From the NCBI RefSeq assembly GCF_006345805.1, contig NC_043006.1:89652001-89716000 (forward strand): a stretch of DNA of 64,000 nt, written 5' to 3'. The stretch comes from Octopus sinensis (Eukaryota). The position numbers and the translations under genes were made by a program. The notes under the pieces were generated by a model. The model made no database searches and was not told the DNA's origin. It saw nothing but the letters and a program-made list of their open reading frames with translations. Positions 41,158 to 54,828 of the stretch are shown in pieces (position 1 is the first letter of the stretch; the number at the start of each line of letters is the position of its first letter).

Positions 41158-41921
41158 ATGGCAGCGAAAATCAGGATCGCCAGCGACATCATCAGACCCT
41201 TTAATGGTGAAGGCGATGTAGTGGCCTGGATTCGTAAAATCAGGCTGGTGGCAAGACTGCAAGGTATAAGCGATGTGGCAAGTCTTATGGCGCTGTATTT
41301 AGAAGGGAGTGGGTTGCGCTATATCTTGAGATGGAGGAGGAGGAACACCTGAGCGAGGAAAAAATAGAGCAACGTCTGCGGGATGCCTACACAGAGTGTG
41401 AATACACAGCTTTTGCTAAGCTGGGTACGATCAGATGGACGGGAGGACAGGTGGACGAGTACGCGGCAGAAGTTAGAAGGTTAGCGATGCTGGCTGGGTT
41501 TACAGGAGAAGGGCTGGAGAGAGCAGCGCGGCTGGCGTTTGTAAATGGGTTCCCCGACGATGTACGGATTCACCTACAACGATTGCCCGGGATTAAAAAG
41601 ATGGCGCTGAGCGAACTTGTGACTCAAGCCCGCGTGTTGACGCGACACTCTGGGCGGAAGGCGATAGCAATGGTGGTGACGGAGGTGCGTAAAGATGGAC
41701 GACGACCGGAGAAAGACGTACAGAAGCCTACCATGCAACGACAGCGACCGTTCTCAGGTCAGTGTTTTAAATGTCAGGGGTCGCACATGGCGCGGGACTG
41801 TATGCAACCGGAGCCCGTTTGCTATCGATGCAGGCAGACAGGGCACATCGCCTGTGATTGTGACCAGGGAAACGACCGCGGGGCAGTTGCTGCCTCTCAA
41901 ACTTTCCCCGCAAACGAGTAG
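41158..41921 (+). pseudogene. gag: Gag with two CCHC knuckles; one frameshift near 41325
   Basis: CFKCQGSHMARDC and CYRCRQTGHIACDC. Confidence 0.85.
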
Positions 41922-44560
41922 AGGCGCTATTGGAGACGCTGCCATTAATTGACGTGGAGGCCGAGGGGAAGACGTTCAAGGCCCTCGTGGATACGGGCTG
42001 TACGACCACCCTTGTGAATTCAAGGGTGACAAAGAAATGGAACGGGGCAAGTAACGTCCGGACGGTCGACGGCAGCGAAATCCGTTGCAGAGGCAGCAGC
42101 AAGGTAGAGATAGTGGTGCACGGCACGACGCTAAGGCTGCAGGTAATTGAGGCTGAACGCATGATAGATGGGGGTGATGGGGATGGACGCCATCAACCGC
42201 CTCGGTGGCGTCAGTGTTGTGGGAAATGAGATCACGTTCGGAAGCGTGGGGGCATCGTGCACTGTGAGTCAGGATCGCCAGAGAGAGCAGAGCCCCGCGA
42301 GGGACTGCACCGCTTACACCATCGAGGACAAAGACTTTCAGGCGGCATTCGATGGTCAGCGGTCCTTGTCCCTTGGAAGGAGGAGGTAGCGGGCGGAGTG
42401 CTACCCCTGATGGCGGTGGTGCAGCCTACGAAGGGAAAAGTCAGACTGGTGCTGGACTTCAGGAAGCTAAACCAGCATATATCGTGTCACATGGGAGGTG
42501 AGGCGACAGACGTTTGTGGCAAGACGTTACGTGCGTGGAGACAGTCGAGTGAGGTGGCGACGATTGTCGACTTGAAATCGGCATACTTGCAGCTCCATAT
42601 GAGCGACAAACTGTGGCGGTATCAGCTGGTGCGGTACAAAGGCCGGACGTACTGTTTAACCAGGCTGGGTTTCGGGCTGAATTCCGCTCCGAAGATCATG
42701 GTGGCAGTGCTTAAGTCCGTCCTAGGGAAAGACGGCAAGATTAGAAAGGCCACCAGCTCCTACACTGACTACATTTTGGTGGATGAAACTGTAGTGCCAG
42801 CCAACGAGGTAGTAAGACATCTGAAGAAGTTCGGACTGACTGCGAAGCCACCGGAGTCGATGGAAGGAGGAGCCGCGCTGGGGCTGAAGCTGCGAAGAGA
42901 TAGATTGGGTGAATTGGTGTTCTGGAGAGGGAATGAAATCCCAGAGCTGAGTTCCAGCGTCAGCAGGAGAGAGCTGTTCTCAGTGTGTGGGAAGTTGGTT
43001 GGTCACTACCCGATCACTGGATGGCTGCGCACGGCGTGCAGTTACACCAAGAGATGAGCGGAGGAGGAGAGTTGGGGCGACAAAGTGGGAGAAGGGACGG
43101 TGGCCATGATGCAGGAAATCCTAGAGAGGACGAGAGCGGAAGACCCGGTCAGAGGGAACTGGTACGTGCCCAAGACGGAATGCGGGACCATCTGGTGTGA
43201 TGCTAGCAGTATAGCGATAGAGGTTGTGTTGGCAATCGAAGGCGCTGCGGTGGAGGACGCGGCCTGGCTTCGGAAAGCAGATGACTTCAACCACATCAAT
43301 GTCACCGAATTAGACGCGGTGCTGAAAGGAGTGAACTTGGCCCTGAAATGGAGGCTGCGCACAATTGAAATCCGGACGGATTCAGCCACTGTGCTTGGCT
43401 GGGTAGGATCGGTGATCACTGGTGAAAGGAGAGTGCGGACGAAAGGTGTCACAGAGATGTTAGTGAAGTGCCGTCTAGGAGTTCTAGGTGAATTGATCGC
43501 CGAGTTCGGACTGAAGCTGAATGTCGTTTTAGTGCCTTCGGAGAAAAACAGGGCGGACGCACTGACCAGGGTGAAAAGAGCGTGGTTGGAAGAACCGGAG
43601 GAGGCCCGGAAAGGGATAGCTGCAGCGTGTCAGTTGGATGACTCTGAACTGAAGAGACTGCATGCTATGCATCACCTGGGTGTGGACAGGACCCTGTATC
43701 TGGCGAAGAAAAGTGATGCTGACGTCACTAGGGGAAGCATCCGGAAAGTGGTCGGGAGCTGCGACAGGTGTCAGTCCATCAACCCTGCTCCGTGTGGGCA
43801 TGAACAGGGAAGCCTTTCGGTGGAGCACAACTGGAAAAGGCTAGCTGTGGATGTGACACACTACCGTCAGGGAATGTATCTCTCCATGGTCGACTGCGGG
43901 CCGGGCCGGCTGGCCATTTGAAGGGAGTTGAGAACGGGCACTGCTGACGAGATCGCGCAGATCTTGAACGGGATATCTTTAGAGAGAGGTTCCGTGGAAG
44001 AACTGCTGATGGACAATGGGGTGGCGTTTCGTTCGGAAGCATTGAGGGTTATGCTTGATCGGTGGAAGGTGCGTCGCTTGTTCAGAGTAGCGTATAGGCC
44101 GAGCGGTAACGGGATCGTAGTGAGGCACCATCGGACAGTCAAGGCCATAGCGGAAAGAGGGCACATTTCGCCACTTGAAGCAGTTTTTTGGTACAACTTG
44201 TCTCCCCGATCCGGACAAGCTGAGGAATCTGTGCCGCAGAGAGCTGTATTTAAATATGAATGGAGGCACCCGAGCAAAGCGCCGGAGGGCCACGAGGAAG
44301 AGAAGGGACCTGTTTGCATGAAAATAGGGGAGGAGGTCTGGGTTAAGCCACCAAAGGCGCGCTGTACGTCTCAATGGAGCAGAGGAACGGTGATGGCGGT
44401 CAATTCCAGAAACAACGTCTCCGTGGATGGAATGCTGCGACACGTCTTGGACCTTCGCAGGATTATCGCTTCAACGGACGACGATTGTGGAGAGGGGGAG
44501 AACGAGGTGCCCAGCTTGAGAAGATCTCGACGCGCAAGGCGCCCTCCCGGTTGGAGGTAG
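41867..44560 (+). pseudogene. pol: Pol (PR-RT-RNaseH-IN) in the -1 frame relative to gag, with frameshifts, stops and damaged catalytic motifs
   Basis: ALVDTGC (protease), RLVLDFRKLN, VDLKSAYLQ, LGFGLNSAP, YTDYIL (damaged YxDD), CDASS/TDS/NRADALTR (RNase H), HHLG..CDRC, VDVT and MDNG (integrase). Confidence 0.88.
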
Positions 44561-45125
44561 ACTACAACATGGAGTAGAGAGATTGTGATCTTTAAGATCA
44601 GGGTGGCGTGTGGGATGACGTCAGCAGCTGGGGAGCTGACCGGAACTTGGGGCTGACCAAAAGGGGGCAGCCGTGATGCGCGCACAGCGAGCGGGGCATT
44701 CTGCCTTTTCGAGCCAGGTCGTCGAGAGGTTAAGACGGGTGATCACGTTGTTAAGGTTGGGTGAAGCAGCTGCTATCTCTAGCGTTCGGGTCGGGCTGTG
44801 TTGAAGGATCCGTTACCGCTGAAGGGTCTCCATCAGAGCGAAGAGAAGGTAGGTGCCTTTATTTCGAATCTCTCGCACACACCATATACAACCTTCAACA
44901 AAGTAACAGTCATGTATACAACTTCAACTGACACATATCAGTACATAAACATATGTTCACATGTACACACACACAGACACGGCTACATACTCTCCTAAAT
45001 ACTCACATACATACAAGCGTATAGGCATGCACACATACATGTACACACATACATACATACACACATACATACATACGCACATACATACATGCACACATAC
45101 ATACATACATACATACATACATCAT

Positions 45126-45172
<47 letters not shown>

Positions 45173-45184
45173 TACGTACATATA

Positions 45185-45418
45185 TATCATGAACTAACTG
45201 TTACTTTCTGAGATGCAGCACGAAGCTTTGTCAGTGAATAAGTCGCGGTCTCAAAGCGATGGAAATATTTGACAAATTAAATTTAAGAGTTGAAGTGAAT
45301 CTAACGGTTTCTGTGTGTTTCTTAAATGGCTTATAAACACCTTCCACGCTGCAATTGTTTTCGTTCCAGCACACGATTTCAGATCAGGTCACTTGCTATG
45401 CAAGTACATCTCCGTAAA
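45185..45418 (+). mobile_element. PLE terminal fragment of the 18422-18625 family with a decayed hammerhead fold (second copy 50229-50462)
   Basis: TTTGTCA GTGAATA A GTCGC GGTCTCAAA GCGAT GGAAATATT TGACAAA at 45227-45276; ends at (TA)n. Confidence 0.7.
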
Positions 45419-45427
45419 ATATATATA

Positions 45428-48400
45428 TTTCATTTTGGGATTTGGTTTGCAAGATTCTTTATATGATTTCGTGTGTTGAAGCATATTCTGTTGTGTCTGG
45501 GGAGAGTCATTCTCTTTTAGTGCCTTATTATTTAACATACACACCGGTAAAATTTCCACTTATTTCTTATTTTTATTTTCTAAAATTTTCGTTGCGTCCT
45601 GCAACCTTTTCAATAGTCTTGACTCTGTCCGTTATTTACACTGCATTCCCTTTTGTTTGTTTGTGCGCATGTGTGTGGGTCAATGGGTCAGTATGCGTGT
45701 GTGCCTATACAAGCATGCATGTACATATGTATGTGTGTGTTTGCATGTGTATGTATATATGTGTGTGTATGCATATGTATGTGTGTGCATCTATATGTAC
45801 GTATCCTGCATATTTATGTGCTTGCCTGTCCGTGTTTGTGTATTTTCTATGTGTGTGTGTGTGAGCATGTGTTTGTATGTGTATGCACCTGTCTCCTTGT
45901 GTGTGTGCATATCTGTGTGTGTGTGTGTGTGTGTTAAGTAACTATGTACCATGTTTGTATGTATGGATGTGCATCTTTATATGTGTGGTTCCGTGTCTCA
46001 ATATGTGTCTGTTCTTGTAACCTATGTACCTATCCGTCTGTATGTTGATCTGTTTATTTACATATCTAAATGCTTACATACAGAAATAAAAAATGAATAA
46101 ATAAATAATATAAAAAAATAAATAAAAAATATAAAAATATGACAAAAGCAAAAAAACCCAAAAATAATAATGATTAAAAAAAAGGTATACACACACACTC
46201 ACACCCACATACATACATTTATCTACCTGACAGTCCACTAACTATTCTACTCTACCTGTGTAAACTGTGGGTATGGAGGTATGGTATTTACTGTGTATAT
46301 TTCCTATTTAATATTGGGGAAATTTCATTTATAAGGACGTACTCCCGTATTTGTCTGAGTGTTGGGTCTTTTGGGTGCTTGGATAAGATGCGGATGTCAG
46401 GTTGACCCAAGTTACCTCCATGGTGGTCTTTGGCATGTTGGTAGAGTATGGAGGACTGTTTTCTGTCGTCATATTGTCTTAGATGTTCATTTATCCATTC
46501 CGCAATGCTCCTAGACGTCTCCCCTATGTACATCATGTTCATGTCCTTACAAGCACCTTCTATGCATCTTATGCTGTAAACTACATTCGAGTTCTACAGT
46601 TAATACCAGGGTTAATTCTACATACCATGCAGTTATCATTGGTGCATATGGTATTCTTAAATGGGTACCTCCTACATAGTTGTGATCTGACGGAGTTCCC
46701 TGGCTTTTCAGCAATTTTAATGTTGAGTTTGGTCTCCTTCAGAGCTTTTCTAAATCTACGGGCTAGTTCTCCAAGGGCTGTGGCCTCTACAAACATCACT
46801 ACTTAATATTTGTTGGTTTTATACCACATGTTCGCCCTGTTTGCTTTGTCACAAGCTCTTTGTATTCTATTCCATTCTTTGTTTCTATATCTATGGCAGG
46901 TACCACTGGTATCATTACGTATAATGTTATCTAATTTGTTTCTAGCCCCCCCCCCCTGTATACACAAACCCTATCTTTCTGATCATATCCAGAGAACTGC
47001 ATGCGGTGTATGAAGTTCTGTATATGTTTCTTCATTTCACAGGGTTCGTATAGTGGGGACACATTGTTCATTATTCTAATAGGTCTGCTATTAGTATGTT
47101 AATTTTCCTGTTGTGTGACAAAGCTGAGTTCTTGTGAACAACATATTTTGAAGTTACAGGTTTCATGTAATAAGAGTGGAGGAGCTGCACGCTATTGTTC
47201 ACAGTCTCTAACCAAAGTTCAGTATTAAGTACAGGGAGTCTATTGTTAGGGTTCTTAGTGGGGTAATCTATAGTTTTCTTGATACTTTGGTGAATGGAGT
47301 TAGCTATTTGCTGGATGCTCTCCATTACGTTCTTCTCAGTCTCTACATTATCGTCACTAGAGTTGGTTCTAACTATTATATTAATGTCATCTACATATCT
47401 ACTGTAGAGTAGAAGAGTTGTGGACTGTTCTGCTAACATTTGTTTAAATTTTCTTTCCCACCATGTCATGAAGAGGCCAGCCACATCTCCAGCTACACCG
47501 ACACCAATGGCTGCACCTTGAACCTGCATGTATAGTTTTTTTATTAAACTTTACCATGTGGTTTTTCAAGGTGGTTTTTTACACTGGCCCTTATTGCATA
47601 TGCAGTCATTTCCCTCACCTGATTGTTGTTCTCAGGATTTTGGGTGGGTTCAGTCCAGCCACTCCAGTGCTCTGTGGTGCTTTTCTTCACCGCTGAAGTG
47701 ATGGTGGGTGGTTCTACCTCTCTGTGAGCAAGTGGGGCAGAATTTACTAAGGTCATGGTCATCTAAATAGTTATTGTCATAGCATAGTCTGAGGAGGAGG
47801 CCCAGTTCCCTGGTGTTGACCTTACGGAATTCCACTTCACTCTCACAGATTGCTTGAATGCATTTCTCCACAGCAAAATCTATGTCTATAGGTGGGTAGA
47901 GTGAAATTACATCCATACTACCCACTGTACAACCTGTGAGGTCGTTGGTGTGGTTGCAAGTACTTATTTTACTGAGGAGATCTTCCGTACTCATACAGAC
48001 ATCCGGAGACATCTCTATGAGAGGTCGCAATACTTGTGAGAGGAAATAGAACAGTCTATAGTTGCTGGAGATGTTTGCTCTGCAAACTGGTCTGGTTGGG
48101 GGCCCTGCGACAGGGTTTATGTAGGGTTTGTGGTCTTTGCATAACCCGTATAGTGTAGGAAACTCATTGTTGGATGCCTGGAAATTGTGTGCCGTCCTTT
48201 TTGTAGGTTGGAGTATGTTGCACCACATTCCCATGTGTGCATTGAGGAGTTTTTCTACTCTTTCATGTTCCTGTGGTGTAACTTCTCTCATGCTACTGAT
48301 ATGCTGTTGCATGGTCTGGACATAGTTCTGTGGGCTATCTACTGATAGTCTGCTAAGGAGGTACACTAATTCTTTGTTCCTAATTCGCTGTTTTAGTTTT

Positions 48401-48490
48401 TGTAGGCCTTTGTCAACAGATGAGCTGAGTTGGTGGGACCCCTCCTCACTATGTTTTTTAGTGAACTTGTTGTATTGATCTAAGATGTGT
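45428..48490 (-). mobile_element. 5'-truncated Penelope-like element (Naiad-like), copy 1
   Basis: PTLYGLCKDHK..PTRPV, SMDVISLYP, QGAAIGVGVAGDV, YSRYVDD, CxxxxCxxC linker and NVVYSIRC...YIGETSR (GIY-YIG). Assignment of 45428-46287 as its 3' region is inferred from contiguity. Confidence 0.88.
45580..45616 (-). ncRNA. Minimal type-I hammerhead ribozyme candidate, U3-A8 core variant (duplicate at 50624-50660)
   Basis: Minus strand CTA TTGAAAA G GTTGC AGGAC GCAAC GAA AATT T TAG; stem I is only 3 bp. Confidence 0.55.
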
Positions 48491-48527
48491 TGGAGTCTAT
48501 TTCTAGCTATATATATATATATATATC

Positions 48528-49330
48528 TCCAACGCTTGTGCAGCCGCGACCAGGATTTCGAGACCCAGTCTCAATACCTGGCCCGCCTGTTCAGGCTTCG
48601 AGGATACCCACCTACCCTGGTCTTGAACGCCCTCGCTCGCACTCGTCGCATCGACCGCACCACCGCCCTTTCTCCTTCCACTCACCCACTCCCCAACCGC
48701 ACCCCCTTTCCCCTCCTTTTCCACCCCTCTACTCTATCCCTTCGTCGGAAGATACTTCGTGCCTTCCGTCGTCTCCAGCTCGATTCTACGACCCACCCCC
48801 ATTTTCCCCAACCCACCCCTGTCCTCCTTCAAACGAGCCCGGAATCTACGCGACCTCCTGGTCCTTAGCACCCTCCCTTCTTCCCCCTCGGCCCCACTTG
48901 GATCCTTCCCGTGCTCCAGATCCCGCTGAAACACCTGCCCCTTCATCACCAACACCACTGCTGTCACCGGTTCCAACCAGCGAACTGTACGTATCAGACA
49001 TTCTTTTACATGCACCTCATCTGGACTCATATACTGCATTAAATGCAACCTCTACGGAATGCTGTATATAGGACAGACGGGACGCCGGTTGTCAGACCGA
49101 TTCGCCGAACATCTGAAGGATGTTCGTCTACGGTCCAATTCTCTCGTCGTACGTCACTTCCGCTCAGCCAGCCATTCCCCGATGACATCTCGGTGTTTGG
49201 TCTTGCCCCACACAACGGCTTTCCACAATCTAGGCTTCACTTGGAGCAATGGCTCATATTCACTATGCTGACTCTAACCCCAAACGGACTCAACACAGCC
49301 CCCTCCTCTTAGTGACTGTGCTCCACCTCT
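48528..49330 (+). mobile_element. 3' fragment of a second PLE family (thumb plus GIY-YIG, Neptune-like linker), copy 1
   Basis: RLCSRDQDF..RGYP, FKRARNLRDLLV, CSRSR.xTCPFI, LIYCIKC...YIGQTGRRLSDRFAEH and PNGLN. Confidence 0.88.
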
Positions 49331-50471
49331 CCCCACTAGCATCTTTTATTTTTTATTTATTATTCTTTATTTTTTATTTTTTATACTTGTCCTTATGCAG
49401 TCACACACACACATATACTCACGTACCCATGAACACACCTACTCCCAACACACCACACACACACAACGTACGTGCACATGTACGCACACATATTTCCACA
49501 CCTATACACACACCCACAGCCCCCATGCGCACACACACACATGCCCGTGAACACACACCAGGGACAATACTCATACAGATACGCACACTCCTATAAACAC
49601 CTACCTGAGATGCACAGATACACGCATGTAAGCGCACACGCGCACACAAGCACGCGCATGTACCTTACGCTCACACAACTCCAACCCCCCACACGCATAC
49701 ATACATACACACACATACACATATGCACACATACATACACACACACACACACACTACATACATACATACATACCACACACACACACCACACACACACATA
49801 CATACATATACACACATACATACATACATACAACACATACATACACACACACACACATACATACATACATACATCATACATACACACACATATACACACA
49901 TATATATACATACATACACACACATACACACACACACACACATACATACATACACAATACATACACACATACACGCATACACACATACATACATACATAC
50001 ACACACACATACATACACACATACATACATACACACACACACACATACATATACATACATACACACACACATACATATACATACATACATACATACACAG
50101 GTACACACACGCACATACACGCATGCACACATACATATATACACATACATACACACACACACAAACATACATACATACATACACATACATACACAACACA
50201 CACACACACACATACATACGTACATATATATCATGAACTAACTGTTACTTTCTGAGATGCAGCACGAAGCTTTGTCAGTGAATAAGTCGCGGTCTCAAAG
50301 CGATGGAAATATTTGACAAATTAAATTTAAGAGTTGAAGTGAATCTAACGGTTTCTGTGTGTTTCTTAAATGGCTTATAAACACCTTCCACGCTGCAATT
50401 GTTTTCGTTCCAGCACACGATTTCAGATCAGGTCACTTGCTATGCAAGTACATCTCCGTAAAATATATATA

Positions 50472-53400
50472 TTTCATTTTGGGATTTGGTTTGCAAGATT
50501 CTTTATATGATTTCGTGTGTTGAAGCATATTCTGTTGTGTCTGGGGAGAGTCATTCTCTTTTAGTGCCTTATTATTTAACATACACACCGGTAAAATTTC
50601 CACTTATTTCTTATTTTTATTTTCTAAAATTTTCGTTGCGTCCTGCAACCTTTTCAATAGTCTTGACTCTGTCCGTTATTTACACTGCATTCCCTTTTGT
50701 TTGTTTGTGCGCATGTGTGTGGGTCAATGGGTCAGTATGCGTGTGTGCCTATACAAGCATGCATGTACATATGTATGTGTGTGTTTGCATGTGTATGTAT
50801 ATATGTGTGTGTATGCATATGTATGTGTGTGCATCTATATGTACGTATCCTGCATATTTATGTGCTTGCCTGTCCGTGTTTGTGTATTTTCTATGTGTGT
50901 GTGTGTGAGCATGTGTTTGTATGTGTATGCACCTGTCTCCTTGTGTGTGTGCATATCTGTGTGTGTGTGTGTGTGTGTTAAGTAACTATGTACCATGTTT
51001 GTATGTATGGATGTGCATCTTTATATGTGTGGTTCCGTGTCTCAATATGTGTCTGTTCTTGTAACCTATGTACCTATCCGTCTGTATGTTGATCTGTTTA
51101 TTTACATATCTAAATGCTTACATACAGAAATAAAAAATGAATAAATAAATAATATAAAAAAATAAATAAAAAATATAAAAATATGACAAAAGCAAAAAAA
51201 CCCAAAAATAATAATGATTAAAAAAAAGGTATACACACACACTCACACCCACATACATACATTTATCTACCTGACAGTCCACTAACTATTCTACTCTACC
51301 TGTGTAAACTGTGGGTATGGAGGTATGGTATTTACTGTGTATATTTCCTATTTAATATTGGGGAAATTTCATTTATAAGGACGTACTCCCGTATTTGTCT
51401 GAGTGTTGGGTCTTTTGGGTGCTTGGATAAGATGCGGATGTCAGGTTGACCCAAGTTACCTCCATGGTGGTCTTTGGCATGTTGGTAGAGTATGGAGGAC
51501 TGTTTTCTGTCGTCATATTGTCTTAGATGTTCATTTATCCATTCCGCAATGCTCCTAGACGTCTCCCCTATGTACATCATGTTCATGTCCTTACAAGCAC
51601 CTTCTATGCATCTTATGCTGTAAACTACATTTCGAGTTCTACAGTTAATACCAGGGTTAATTCTACATACCATGCAGTTATCATTGGTGCATATGGTATT
51701 CTTAAATGGGTACCTCCTACATAGTTGTGATCTGACGGAGTTCCCTGGCTTTTCAGCAATTTTAATGTTGAGTTTGGTCTCCTTCAGAGCTTTTCTAAAT
51801 CTACGGGCTAGTTCTCCAAGGGCTGTGGCCTCTACAAACATCACTACTTAATATTTGTTGGTTTTATACCACATGTTCGCCCTGTTTGCTTTGTCACAAG
51901 CTCTTTGTATTCTATTCCATTCTTTGTTTCTATATCTATGGCAGGTACCACTGGTATCATTACGTATAATGTTATCTAATTTGTTTCTAGCCCCCCCCCC
52001 TGTATACACAAACCCTATCTTTCTGATCATATCCAGAGAACTGCATGCGGTGTATGAAGTTCTGTATATGTTTCTTCATTTCACAGGGTTCGTATAGTGG
52101 GGACACATTGTTCATTATTCTAATAGGTCTGCTATTAGTATGTTAATTTTCCTGTTGTGTGACAAAGCTGAGTTCTTGTGAACAACATATTTTGAAGTTA
52201 CAGGTTTCATGTAATAAGAGTGGAGGAGCTGCACGCTATTGTTCACAGTCTCTAACCAAAGTTCAGTATTAAGTACAGGGAGTCTATTGTTAGGGTTCTT
52301 AGTGGGGTAATCTATAGTTTTCTTGATACTTTGGTGAATGGAGTTAGCTATTTGCTGGATGCTCTCCATTACGTTCTTCTCAGTCTCTACATTATCGTCA
52401 CTAGAGTTGGTTCTAACTATTATATTAATGTCATCTACATATCTACTGTAGAGTAGAAGAGTTGTGGACTGTTCTGCTAACATTTGTTTAAATTTTCTTT
52501 CCCACCATGTCATGAAGAGGCCAGCCACATCTCCAGCTACACCGACACCAATGGCTGCACCTTGAACCTGCATGTATAGTTTTTTTATTAAACTTTACCA
52601 TGTGGTTTTTCAAGGTGGTTTTTTACACTGGCCCTTATTGCATATGCAGTCATTTCCCTCACCTGATTGTTGTTCTCAGGATTTTGGGTGGGTTCAGTCC
52701 AGCCACTCCAGTGCTCTGTGGTGCTTTTCTTCACCGCTGAAGTGATGGTGGGTGGTCTACCTCTCTGTGAGCAAGTGGGGCAGAATTTACTAAGGTCATG
52801 GTCATCTAAATAGTTATTGTCATAGCATAGTCTGAGGAGGAGGCCCAGTTCCCTGGTGTTGACCTTACGGAATTCCACTTCACTCTCACAGATTGCTTGA
52901 ATGCATTTCTCCACAGCAAAATCTATGTCTATAGGTGGGTAGAGTGAAATTACATCCATACTACCCACTGTACAACCTGTGAGGTCGTTGGTGTGGTTGC
53001 AAGTACTTATTTTACTGAGGAGATCTTCCGTACTCATACAGACATCCGGAGACATCTCTATGAGAGGTCGCAATACTTGTGAGAGGAAATAGAACAGTCT
53101 ATAGTTGCTGGAGATGTTTGCTCTGCAAACTGGTCTGGTTGGGGGCCCTGCGACAGGGTTTATGTAGGGTTTGTGGTCTTTGCATAACCCGTATAGTGTA
53201 GGAAACTCATTGTTGGATGCCTGGAAATTGTGTGCCGTCCTTTTTGTAGGTTGGAGTATGTTGCACCACATTCCCATGTGTGCATTGAGGAGTTTTTCTA
53301 CTCTTTCATGTTCCTGTGGTGTAACTTCTCTCATGCTACTGATATGCTGTTGCATGGTCTGGACATAGTTCTGTGGGCTATCTACTGATAGTCTGCTAAG

Positions 53401-53533
53401 GAGGTACACTAATTCTTTGTTCCTAATTCGCTGTTTTAGTTTTTGTAGGCCTTTGTCAACAGATGAGCTGAGTTGGTGGGACCCCTCCTCACTATGTTTT
53501 TTAGTGAACTTGTTGTATTGATCTAAGATGTGT
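50472..53533 (-). mobile_element. Naiad-like PLE, copy 2
   Basis: Same motifs as copy 1; ORFs 52588-53409, 52115-52573 and 51332-51844 have fewer frameshifts. Confidence 0.88.
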
Positions 53534-54719
53534 CGGAGTCTATTTCTAGCTATATATATATATATATATCTCCAACGCTTGTGCAGCCGCGACCAGGATT
53601 TCGAGACCCAGTCTCAATACCTGGCCCGCCTGTTCAGGCTTCGAGGATACCCACCTACCCTGGTCTTGAACGCCCTCGCTCGCACTCGTCGCATCGACCG
53701 CCCTTTCTCCTTCCACTCACCCACTCCCCAACCGCACCCCCTTTCCCCTCCTTTTCCACCCCTCTACTCTATCCCTTCGTCGGAAGATACTTCGTGCCTT
53801 CCGTCGTCTCCAGCTCGATTCTACGACCCACCCCCATTTTCCCCAACCCACCCCTGTCCTCCTTCAAACGAGCCCGGAATCTACGCGACCTCCTGGTCCT
53901 TAGCACCCTCCCTTCTTCCCCCTCGGCCCCACTTGGATCCTTCCCGTGCTCCAGATCCCGCTGAAACACCTGCCCCTTCATCACCAACACCACTGCTGTC
54001 ACCGGTTCCAACCAGCGAACTGTACGTATCAGACATTCTTTTACATGCACCTCATCTGGACTCATATACTGCATTAAATGCAACCTCTACGGAATGCTGT
54101 ATATAGGACAGACGGGACGCCGGTTGTCAGACCGATTCGCCGAACATCTGAAGGATGTTCGTCTACGGTCCAATTCTCTCGTCGTACGTCACTTCCGCTC
54201 AGCCAGCCATTCCCCGATGACATCTCGGTGTTTGGTCTTGCCCCACACAACGGCGTTCCACAATCTAGGCTTCACTTGGAGCAATGGCTCATATTCACTA
54301 TGCTGACTCTAACCCCAAACGGACTCAACACAGCCCCCTCCTCTTAGTGACTGTGCTCCACCTCTCCCCACTAGCATCTTTTATTTTTTATTTATTATTC
54401 TTTATTTTTTATTTTTTATACTTGTCCTTATGCAGTCACACACACACATATACTCACGTACCCATGAACACACCTACTCCCAACACACCACACACACACA
54501 ACGTACGTGCACATGTACGCACACATATTTCCACACCTATACACACACCCACAGCCCCCATGCGCACACACACACATGCCCGTGAACACACACCAGGGAC
54601 AATACTCATACAGATACGCACACTCCTATAAACACCTACCTGAGATGCACAGATACACGCATGTAAGCGCACACGCGCACACAAGCACGCGCATGTACCT
54701 TACGCTCACACAACTCCAA

Positions 54720-54791
54720 CCCCCCACACGCATACATACATACACACACATACACATATGCACACATACATACACACACACACACACACAT

Positions 54792-54828
<37 letters not shown>

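Larger units (their letters stand above)
40863..44884 (+). mobile_element. Full-length Ty3/Gypsy-type LTR retrotransposon, mutated
   Basis: LTRs 40863-41120 and 44609-44884 (TG...CA); candidate TATAC TSD; order gag, PR, RT, RH, IN; purine-rich tract before the 3' LTR. LTR ends could alternatively be 41122/44886. Confidence 0.92.

Noticed and set aside
40863-44884. GC-rich island suggesting foreign or bacterial DNA
   Set aside because: Fully explained by the Gypsy element.
51845-51850. In-frame stop in the Naiad-like ORF as possible selenocysteine recoding
   Set aside because: The codon is TAA, not TGA, and is not at a cysteine-like position.
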